The position numbers and the translations under genes are program-made. Positions 27,221 through 34,182 of a DNA stretch of 34,182 nt are shown here, piece by piece. Within the stretch, counting starts at the first letter, position 1. Each line of letters opens with the position of its first letter. Where the stretch lies: positions 1 through 34,182 of the forward strand of contig JAPSGB010000046.1 of NCBI GenBank assembly GCA_035063585.1. Direction: 5' to 3'. The notes beneath the pieces were generated by a model. That model had not been told where the DNA came from. It searched no databases and was given only the letters and a program-made list of their open reading frames with translations. Source of the stretch: Polyangiaceae bacterium. GTDB taxonomy: Bacteria; Myxococcota_A; Polyangia; Polyangiales; Polyangiaceae.

Positions 27221-28632
27221 AGCTCCGTCACGCTCTCGCGCTCGCCTCGAGCTCGCTTCCACTCGCGACCCTCGGCGGCTGCGGGCTCACGCCCCACGAT
27301 GAGTCGACCCCGGTGTTCTCGAGCGACGGCGTCACCGGGTTCGGCATGGTCGGAAATGTCGAGTTTTGCATCGGGCGAACACGCGTGGTGGCGCCAGCGG
27401 TCGCGGCCGGCGCGGAGCTCGCGCTCTGCGTACCCGACGGCGCGACGCCCCGCGCTTGCGAGGCGGACCTCGACTGCGCTCCGCGCGAGCGTTGCTCCTG
27501 CGGCCGCTGCGTCGTGGTCGCCTGCGACACGACCGGGCGCGGCTGCGCCGAGGGCGAGGTGTGCCAGGGTGGGCGCTGCACGACGGCGTGCACGCGCGAC
27601 GGCGAGTGTGCTCGCGATTTCGTGTGTCGCGGCGGTGGCTGCGTGCACGAGTGCGCGACCTCCACGGACTGCGCGTACGGCGAGCTCTGTGACTCGCTGG
27701 CCTCCACCTGCCGTGTGAGCTTGTGCGGCGGCGCGCGCGGCGGCTGCGGTTCGGGGCAGACCTGCGAGCCGCTCGAGCACGTCGCCGAGATGCGCGAACC
27801 ATTCGTGCTGGGCTCGGGCGCCGGTGAGCGCGCCTATCTCACGGTCGCCGCGGGCGGGACGACCGTCATCTATCGCGCGCGTCCGGCGCGCGACCTGCGC
27901 TGGGTGGCGGACCCAGAGACGCCCGTGCTCGAGCCGGGGCCGGCGAGCGATCTCGGCTCGGTCGGCGCGCCGGCGCTGCTCGCCGAGCGCGGCGGGCTGA
28001 CGTTGTATTTCGAGACCGGCGGCGGCACCATCGAGCGCGCGACCTCGAGCGACGGCGTCTCCTTCACCCGTGACGCCGCGCCGGTGCTCGTGGCAACGCC
28101 CGACGGCTGGGAGGCAGGGCGCGTCGGCTCGCCGTCGGTGATCGTGTATCGCGGTGAGACGTACCTCTTTTACGCCGGCGGCGCGGGCGCAGGCATTGGC
28201 GCGGCCAGGGTCGGCGCGAGCGGCGTGACGCGCCTCACCGGCGCGCCGCTCGTCTCGCGCGCCACCGTGGAAGATCCGCTGTTCTGGCGCGGCGTGAGCG
28301 CGGTCGGCGCGCCGAGCGCGATGGTCGTCGAGGGCGCCGTGCGTATCTTCTTCACCGCGCGCGGCGCCGAGGGCCACGACGCCATCGAGCAAGGCTCGCC
28401 GCGTGCCGCCGACGTGAACGACAGCATCGGGCTGGTGACCACCCGCGATTTCGTCTCGTTCGAGCGCTACCCGATGGGGCCGGTGTTCGCGCGCCGCACC
28501 AACCTCCGCGCGTACCTCGGCGAGCGCGAGCCGTTCCTCCGCCGCGACGGCGCGCGCACGCGGCTCTATTTCGTCACCGGGGACGCGACGGGCAAGGCGT
28601 CCGGCGTGGCGCTCGCCGCCGATCCGCCGTGA
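27217..28632 (+). CDS. Lipoprotein with Cys-rich repeats and five-bladed beta-propeller (GH43/GH32/GH130-like fold)
   Basis: ATGA overlap. LGGC lipobox, C..D.DC/C...C..G.C repeats, five blade starts (EPFVL, APALL, SPSVI, APSAM, EPFL), ATSSDGVSF and TTRDFVSF. Confidence 0.75.
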   Translation: MKLRHALALASSSLPLATLGGCGLTPHDESTPVFSSDGVTGFGMVGNVEFCIGRTRVVAPAVAAGAELALCVPDGATPRACEADLDCAPRERCSCGRCVVVACDTTGRGCAEGEVCQGGRCTTACTRDGECARDFVCRGGGCVHECATSTDCAYGELCDSLASTCRVSLCGGARGGCGSGQTCEPLEHVAEMREPFVLGSGAGERAYLTVAAGGTTVIYRARPARDLRWVADPETPVLEPGPASDLGSVGAPALLAERGGLTLYFETGGGTIERATSSDGVSFTRDAAPVLVATPDGWEAGRVGSPSVIVYRGETYLFYAGGAGAGIGAARVGASGVTRLTGAPLVSRATVEDPLFWRGVSAVGAPSAMVVEGAVRIFFTARGAEGHDAIEQGSPRAADVNDSIGLVTTRDFVSFERYPMGPVFARRTNLRAYLGEREPFLRRDGARTRLYFVTGDATGKASGVALAADPP

Positions 28633-28642
28633 CGCGCTCGAG

Positions 28643-29119
28643 CTATCCGGCGTCCGCCTCACCGAGCACGAGCGCGTAGTCGACGGTCGTTATGCCGCAG
28701 TCGTCTCGCTCGGGGTCGAGACCCACCTCGAGCCTCGGATACCCCGACGCCTCCACCGTGACGGTCGCCGCCGACTGCGTCCAGAGCAGACAGTCGAGCG
28801 TCTTCACTTCGCCCGCGGCTGCGTCCGCCGTGCCGGCGTCCGGCCTCGAGTTGCAGAACACCACCGCCGGGTGCGCGGGCGGTGCCGCGAGCGCGTACTG
28901 CTCGCTCCCGCCCCCGTAGGTTACGCTGAGCGTGGTGTCCGAGGGCAGCGAAGCGCCGCCCTCTGCCGTCAGCACCACATGGAAAGCCGCGCGGGTCTTC
29001 GGACACTCGCGCCCCGGCGCCGGCGTCGAGCAGGCGCCGAGCGCCAGCGCGAGCGCGCCGCCTGCGACGAGCCCGCGCGTCGAGCGTCCCTGCGCCCACC
29101 GTGACTTCCAAGGAATCAA
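28643..29119 (-). CDS. Hypothetical lipoprotein
   Basis: LALALGA-C lipobox and a Cys-containing beta-rich domain. TTG start uncertain. Confidence 0.7.
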   Translation of the reverse strand: MIPWKSRWAQGRSTRGLVAGGALALALGACSTPAPGRECPKTRAAFHVVLTAEGGASLPSDTTLSVTYGGGSEQYALAAPPAHPAVVFCNSRPDAGTADAAAGEVKTLDCLLWTQSAATVTVEASGYPRLEVGLDPERDDCGITTVDYALVLGEADAG

Positions 29120-29140
29120 GCGCCGCGATTTGTACAGCTA

Positions 29141-29156
29141 TGGCGCGAACATTGCA
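29141..29156 (+). promoter_or_regulatory. sigma54 (-24/-12) promoter 1
   Basis: TGGCGCGAACATTGCA versus consensus TGGCACG-N4-TTGCW: one mismatch and exact GG-N10-GC spacing. Predicted +1 near 29167. Confidence 0.7.
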
Positions 29157-29166
29157 AACCTACTGG

Positions 29167-29315
29167 AACAGCCGAGCCGACCGGAGGTTGGGCTCGCCCG
29201 ACCGAGCCCGACGCCCGGTCGCCGCGGGGTTCACCGGACGAGGGAGCATGCCGGCGCGGCGCGGCCGGCGGCGCGGCGCGAGCGCCCCGGCTCGCGCCGC
29301 CGGCGACCTCCTCTC
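29167..29315 (+). ncRNA. Candidate sigma54-dependent structured sRNA or long leader (3' end uncertain)
   Basis: Starts at the predicted +1. Hairpins at 29178-29221 and 29273-29300 with C-rich loops; ACCTCCT at 29306-29312; no convincing CDS. Confidence 0.35.
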
Positions 29316-29598
29316 ATGACGCGAACGCCCACGAGCGACGGACCGACAGACTCCGACGGAAGCACGCCGAGGTGAGTGGCTCTGCTCGTCCTGTGTCGTT
29401 CGGGCTCGTCGGGGACCGTCTCGCGCGAGCCGAGGGGGCAGGCAGCCCGGTCGAACGGGTGGCGCCGGCGGTCCGGTGAAGATGCCGTGCTCGGCGCGGC
29501 GCGGAGACTCGCCGCGGAAGTTCGCCGCGGCGCCAAGGGCCCCGAGCGGTAGCCGCTTGATTTCCCATGCCACTCGAAGGAAGATGCTGAGAATTACT

Positions 29599-29614
29599 TG
29601 GCGCTAACGATGCT
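29599..29614 (+). promoter_or_regulatory. sigma54 (-24/-12) promoter 2
   Basis: TGGCGCTAACGATGCT with GG-N10-GC spacing in a locally AT-rich patch. Predicted +1 falls on the A of ATG 29625. Confidence 0.55.
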
Positions 29615-29624
29615 TGCAGGAGGG

Positions 29625-30163
29625 ATGCGGCGTTAAAATCGAGCGGGTGGGCACTGTGCTTTGGGCTGCTCGCGGTCGGGTGTTCGTCTTCGAGCGGCGA
29701 CGGCAAGGGAGCGGGCGGCTGGGGTAATTTCCCGGGGAGCGGAGGAAACAGTGGCGGAGGGAGCGGAGGAAGCGGCGGCGGGGGCTCTACGACGTGCCCT
29801 CCGCAGGTGGTTGCGCCGGCGCTGTCGGGAGGGTGCGTGCCTCAGATCGTGACGCCCCGCGCCTGCGAGGCGATCGATCTCTCGGGAGGGCGGACCTACG
29901 AGATCGGGTGGACCACGAACGGCACTGGCTGTGAGACGCCCTGGAAGCTCTGCGTGGTGGGGAGCCCCGCGACGGAAGCGAACGGCGGATGCGTCGAGCT
30001 GTCGACGGACGTGACGCAGGGGATCAGCTCGACCGGCGGGGTCGTCCAATTGAACGCGAGCAACCTCACCGGGATCACGAGCGACACCGGCTACTACCAC
30101 CTGGTCATCGCGAGCTTCTACGGCTCCCACAACGGCTCGGTCGCGTTCCGCCCGAGCTTCTAG
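29625..30163 (+). CDS. Gly/Ser-linker lipoprotein whose start is out of frame (frameshifted or non-canonical start)
   Basis: The frame of ORF 29807-30163 extends upstream as LKSSGWALCFGLLAVG-C-SSSSGDGKG...GGSGG, with no in-frame ATG/GTG/TTG between the TGA at 29588-29590 and 29807. ATG 29625 reads M-R-R-stop. Confidence 0.7.
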
Positions 30164-30315
30164 CCGGCGCGCTCGAGCGGCGCCGCGCCGCCGGCCGCGC
30201 CGGACCGGCAGCTCCTCTCTCATCCCGGGAACGTGCGCGGAGTCAGCGTCGCTCCGGCTCGCCCCCGCGCGCACGGCGCTCGTCGGCGAGCTCGTTTGAC
30301 TGGTAGACTGGAGTG

Positions 30316-32052
30316 ATGCGCGCTGGATGGGTGGGTCTGCTCATGGGGTCGCTCGGGCTGGTCGCGGTCGCGTGCGGCGAGAGCGGCGGGAGCGCTCGAC
30401 CTGGCGGCGGCAGCGGTGGCACCAGCGGCAGCGGTGGCACCAGCGGCGGCGGTGGCACCGGCACCGGCGGGAGCGTCGGGAGCACCGGCGGCGGGCCGGG
30501 CACGCTGCCCGCGGCGCCGGTGTGCGAGGCGGCGAAGGGCGGCTCGAGCGGAGCCGTGAAGGCGCCGGTGCTCCGCGCTACGCTGGCCGGGAGCTGGGAC
30601 GAGAACTGGTTCGCGTCGCCCGCGCTCGTCGATCTCGACGGCGACGGGGAGCTCGAGATCGTCGCCGCGCGCCACTCGGTGCTCTACGCGTATCGAGCGG
30701 ACGGCACCGCGCTCTGGCAAACCGCGTTCGGGCAGAGCGCGTCGTCGAGCTCGGAGCACGGCTCGACGCGGATGTACGCGTCTGCCGTGGTCGGTGACTT
30801 CGACGGCGACGGCAAGGCGGAGATCGCGGTCGGGAGCTCCACCGTCGGTGGAGGGAACGTGGCGCTCTACGATCATCGCGGCGAGCTCGAAGCAGGCTGG
30901 CCTGCCGCGTTCGGAACGAACGAGGTGCGGGCGATCGCTGCCGCGGACGTCGACGGCGACGGGCGCGCGGAGCTCCTGGTCAACAAGACGGGCCAAGGGC
31001 CCGCGACAGCGGTGTTCGGGCTCGACGGTACGATGCGGCCCGGCTGGCCTCAGGTGAGCGCTGCGACCTGTGATCCTCCGTCGCCGGCCGAGCCGTGTTG
31101 GGATTTCGGCGGATATGACCAGAACATCGGCGCGGGGGATCTCGACGGCGACGGGCGGCTCGACGTCATCTCGAGCTACGACGCCATCGGCTTTGGCGTG
31201 TTTCAAGGAGACGGCAAACCGTTCCCCACCGCGCCCGAGTTCGCCGATCGCGTCATCACCGCGGTCGAGGCGTATCATGATCCAGCGCTCTCGCAGCAGG
31301 GCTGGGGCACTGGTGATCGCTCTGAATTCACCTACTCGCCGCCCGTCATCGCCGACATCGATGGCGACGGCGACATGGAGATCGTGCTCGCCGGCGATCA
31401 CGAACATTCGAACAGCACGGACAACCGCGGCGTCACGACCTGGGTCTTGAACCACGATCTCACTCGCCCCACGGGCTGGGAGTGGCCGAAAGACAGCGGC
31501 CCGCCGCTCGCGTACGGCGAGCTCGGCCAGAACATGGTCGTGCTCGCACCGAGCCCGTCCGTGGCGGAGCTCGACGGCAAACCGGGTCTCGAAATCGTGG
31601 TGCCCGCATACGACGGCAAGCTCTACGCGTATCGCTCGACCGGTGAGGTGCTCTGGACCTACACTTTTGCCACCTCAGGGACGCCGTACCGCGGCGCGAG
31701 CGAGGCGCTCATCGTCGATCTCAACGGGGACGGCCTCCCCGAAATCCTATTTGCAACCTACTCGTCCGGCGCGCCTGGGGAGCCCGACGCTCCCGCACGG
31801 CTCATCATCCTCGACGCGGCAGGTCGAGAGCTCCACGAGGTCGAGCTCTTCGGGCGCGGCACCATGGCCGCGCCGTCGGTCGCTGATCTCGACGGCGACG
31901 GGACGCTCGAGCTCGTCGTTTCGCTCAAGGACACGCTCGGCGGCGGCAAGGGTGGGGTGCAGATCTGGGATTTTCCGGGCGCGAGCCCGAATTGCGTGCT
32001 CTGGGGGACCGGGCGGGGCGGACCGATGCGCCAGGGGTACGTCGCGAAGTAG
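30316..32052 (+). CDS. FG-GAP/VCBS-repeat beta-propeller lipoprotein
   Basis: VAVAC lipobox, Gly-rich linker, and eight DxDGDG-type Ca-binding loops (one degenerate, ELDGKPG). Confidence 0.88.
   Translation: MRAGWVGLLMGSLGLVAVACGESGGSARPGGGSGGTSGSGGTSGGGGTGTGGSVGSTGGGPGTLPAAPVCEAAKGGSSGAVKAPVLRATLAGSWDENWFASPALVDLDGDGELEIVAARHSVLYAYRADGTALWQTAFGQSASSSSEHGSTRMYASAVVGDFDGDGKAEIAVGSSTVGGGNVALYDHRGELEAGWPAAFGTNEVRAIAAADVDGDGRAELLVNKTGQGPATAVFGLDGTMRPGWPQVSAATCDPPSPAEPCWDFGGYDQNIGAGDLDGDGRLDVISSYDAIGFGVFQGDGKPFPTAPEFADRVITAVEAYHDPALSQQGWGTGDRSEFTYSPPVIADIDGDGDMEIVLAGDHEHSNSTDNRGVTTWVLNHDLTRPTGWEWPKDSGPPLAYGELGQNMVVLAPSPSVAELDGKPGLEIVVPAYDGKLYAYRSTGEVLWTYTFATSGTPYRGASEALIVDLNGDGLPEILFATYSSGAPGEPDAPARLIILDAAGRELHEVELFGRGTMAAPSVADLDGDGTLELVVSLKDTLGGGKGGVQIWDFPGASPNCVLWGTGRGGPMRQGYVAK
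30409..30462 (+). repeat. 18-bp coding tandem repeat x3 (GSGGTS linker)
   Basis: GGCAGCGGTGGCACCAGC twice, plus one variant copy. Confidence 0.85.
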
Positions 32053-32194
32053 CGCCGGCTGTTCATGTAAGCCTCAGCCCGCTTTCGTAGGCGGCGCGGC
32101 CGGTGCTGTGCTTCTTGCGGCCGGCGGCGAGCCCGCCGTCCAAACGCGCGAAGATCTCCGCCGCGCGACGCGGCGGGCGGCCGCCGCCGGCGGC

Positions 32195-33793
32195 TCAATC
32201 CTCGGGGGCGCAAGCGGGCTCGTGGCCGAGCGCGCACGCGCGCGCGCGGAACGTCTCTTGCTTGACGGGATCGGCGGTCGTCCCCAACTCAAAGCGGTAG
32301 GCCTCCGAGGCCCGCAGGCAGCTCGGGCCGTGCCCGAGCTCACATCCGCGCAGGTAGTAACGAAGCGCCTTGGCATCGTCTTCGTCGCCGACGACCCCGA
32401 GATCGTAGTCGGTGCCAGCGTCGAAGCAGGCCTCGCCGTCGTTCTTGGCGCAGCCGTCGAGCGCCCGCGCGTGCTCCCACGCGAGCCGGAAGAAATCCGC
32501 GGATAATACGCCGCCGACGAGCGCGAGCACGACCGCGACCCAGGCGAACTTGCGGGCTCTCCGGCGCGTCTGGTCGCGCGCCTTCAAGAGCTCGGCGAGC
32601 GAGCGCGAGTGTTCGCGGCTCGGAGCGACCTGCGAGCGCATGTCGATCCCGAGCACGTTGTCCGCGCTGCAGTAAGCGCAGCGCGCGATGAGCGAGCTCT
32701 CCGCGGGCAGCGGCGCGCCGCAGCGGCGGCAACCCCACGCGCCTCCGGCCCAGGCCGGCGCGCGCGCTCCAAAACTCGACGAGAGGACGCGGAGCGCGCG
32801 CCGCTCGGCCAGGCTGGCGCTGGCGAAGAGCAGCACGGCGCCACACGACGATGCGCCCGCGAGCATCGCGATGGTCATTTCGAGCCCGCTCAGGTTATCG
32901 AGCCCGACGAGCGCCATCGGCGCCATGGCGAGGCCCCACACGAGCGCGCACCCGACCGCCGTCACCACGAGCCGGAGGTTCGTGCGCCCCGCGCCCGGCT
33001 GGGACAAGAGCGCCGTGATCGCCGACTCGGCCTCGCGCGTGGTCTGCTCCATGGCGCGCTGCGCGGCGAGCCGCGAGCGGAGCTCGTCGGGCACGGTCGC
33101 CGGGCTTCCGCAGTAGCCGCAGCTCACGACGGCCGCCTCGCTCGGCGGGAGCGGCGCGCCGCAGCCGGCGCAGAGGAGGATCTCGGTCGACGTTGGAGCA
33201 GCCGGTGCCGCGTCGAGCCCGAGTCGCGCACGGATCGAGCCGAGCAGCGCGTCGAGCGAGGCTTGCTCCGCTAGGTCCTCCGCCTCGGCGAGCCGCAGCG
33301 TCCGGCCGTCGTGCGTCACCAGCAGCAGCCGACGGATCGCGGTGCGCTCGTCGGTGAGGAGCTCGAGTTGGTTGGTGAACAGCATCGAGATCGCCGCGAA
33401 AATCGCGTTGGCCATCACGATCGAAATCGGGAGACGCGTCTCCTCGACGGTCTCGGCGCGCGTCCGCTCGCCGTCGACCGCAGACCATGGCACGCGGAGC
33501 CCGGCGTACACGCCACCGTCGATCGCGAGCTGCTCGCCGTCCAGCCGCGCATCGCTCGCGCGGGTGCGGAGCGCGTGAAAGGTCTGAAATGCCGCGTAGC
33601 CGAGGAGCACGAGCCCCGGGCTCATCACGATCACGCCGCCGATGGCGGGCTGATTTCCGAGCTTGTCGATGCCTATCCAGACGAGCAGCGCGCCCGGCGC
33701 GGCGGTGAACGCGACCCGCGCGAGGCACGCGAGCGAGGAGTGCCCGACCTGGAGCGGCAAGCGAACGAGCGGCGCTCGAGTGTGCGAAGGCAT
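32195..33793 (-). CDS. Membrane protein with two C4 zinc ribbons and C-terminal Sel1-like repeats
   Basis: CAGCGAPL...CGYCG and CRRCGAPL...CAYC, several TM helices, and C-terminal KALRYYLRGCELGHGPSC...RACALGHEPAC. Confidence 0.8.
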   Translation of the reverse strand: MPSHTRAPLVRLPLQVGHSSLACLARVAFTAAPGALLVWIGIDKLGNQPAIGGVIVMSPGLVLLGYAAFQTFHALRTRASDARLDGEQLAIDGGVYAGLRVPWSAVDGERTRAETVEETRLPISIVMANAIFAAISMLFTNQLELLTDERTAIRRLLLVTHDGRTLRLAEAEDLAEQASLDALLGSIRARLGLDAAPAAPTSTEILLCAGCGAPLPPSEAAVVSCGYCGSPATVPDELRSRLAAQRAMEQTTREAESAITALLSQPGAGRTNLRLVVTAVGCALVWGLAMAPMALVGLDNLSGLEMTIAMLAGASSCGAVLLFASASLAERRALRVLSSSFGARAPAWAGGAWGCRRCGAPLPAESSLIARCAYCSADNVLGIDMRSQVAPSREHSRSLAELLKARDQTRRRARKFAWVAVVLALVGGVLSADFFRLAWEHARALDGCAKNDGEACFDAGTDYDLGVVGDEDDAKALRYYLRGCELGHGPSCLRASEAYRFELGTTADPVKQETFRARACALGHEPACAPED

Positions 33794-34054
33794 TCGCGCG
33801 CCACGCTAGGCGGTCACGCCGACGCGTACAAGGCACCTGCCCGCGCGCGCTCGCTCAGCGTCGCGCGTTTGCCGTGCGAGGGGCGCGGCGCGCGACCGCT
33901 CGGCTTCGCGCCGCGCGAGTGCAAGCGGGCGCCCGCGGCGACTCACGGCGATAGCGGGGACGGGTGACTTCCTCGGGAGCGGAGTAGATAGCGCGGAGGG
34001 ATGCCGGCGGCGCGGCCGGCGGCGGCCCCGCACCGCCGGCTGCGCCGCCCCGAC

Positions 34055-34090
34055 AAAAACCCGAAGGGCGACCCGCGGGGGCCGCCCTTC
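34055..34090 (-). terminator. Rho-independent terminator
   Basis: Minus strand GAAGGGCGGCCC-ccgc-GGGTCGCCCTTC (12-bp stem with one G-U pair), then GGG and TTTTT, about 30 nt after a stop codon. Confidence 0.85.
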
Positions 34091-34117
34091 CTCGTGGCTC
34101 GCGTGAGCCGTGGCCGC

Positions 34118-34182
34118 TCAGAAGTCGCCGGGGCCGTGGCTGTGACCGCCGGCCGACGCCTTCTCCTCCTTCGGCTTCTCCG
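34118..34182 (-). CDS. groEL: 3' end of a CDS, probably chaperonin GroEL
   Basis: Reads EKPKEEKASAGGHSHGPGDF-stop, resembling GroEL C-terminal tails, and is followed by a strong terminator. Only about 20 codons are visible. Confidence 0.55.
   Translation of the reverse strand, partial: EKPKEEKASAGGHSHGPGDF

Noticed and set aside
29141..29200. c-di-GMP-I riboswitch suggested by GCAAACC
   Set aside because: The GNRA-loop P2 and second GCAAA element are not found, and the sequence is better explained as the -12 box of a sigma54 promoter.
29570..29592. SRP RNA suggested by CGAAGGAAG
   Set aside because: The flanking conserved TCAGG...GCAGC helix is absent.
33806..34033. 75-aa minus-strand ORF
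   Set aside because: Arg/Pro-rich, overlaps intergenic hairpins just downstream of a terminator, and has no recognisable features.
1..34182. Very frequent CTCGAG/GAGCTC palindromes as a repeat or signal
   Set aside because: Largely explained by Leu(CTC)-Glu(GAG) codon preference in coding sequence.
1..34182. Mobile element, prophage or known defence system
   Set aside because: No integrase, transposase, phage structural, nuclease or methylase motifs were recognised, and composition looks uniform apart from short AT-richer promoter patches.

Overview
Very GC-rich, gene-dense chromosomal segment that looks myxobacterial, probably Polyangiaceae/Sorangiineae (inferred from many Gly/Ser-linker and Cys-rich lipoproteins, a Hanks-type kinase fold and a TM-GAF-GAF-GGDEF cyclase). 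About 30 CDSs: a coupled NUDIX/NAD kinase pair, a secreted HEAT + beta-propeller lipoprotein pair, serine O-acetyltransferase, a DUF2760/Hsp70/Hsp70-DUF3731 module split by an antisense lipoprotein gene, a pseudokinase, PanE-like and HAD genes, a DmxA-like diguanylate cyclase, an orphan histidine kinase, a polysaccharide deacetylase, an AlgI-type MBOAT, a degenerate metallo-beta-lactamase-fold protein divergent from a tandem FadL-like/propeller-lipoprotein operon, an FG-GAP lipoprotein, a Zn-ribbon/Sel1 membrane protein and probably the 3' end of groEL with its terminator. No rRNA, tRNA, CRISPR array or mobile element was seen. The most unusual region is the ~480 bp gap at 29140-29640. It holds two exact-spacing sigma54 promoters. 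The first points into a structured, apparently non-coding transcript (candidate sRNA). The second has its predicted +1 on an ATG that is one base out of frame with a lipoprotein gene. All family calls come from motif recognition by eye; no database searches were run.
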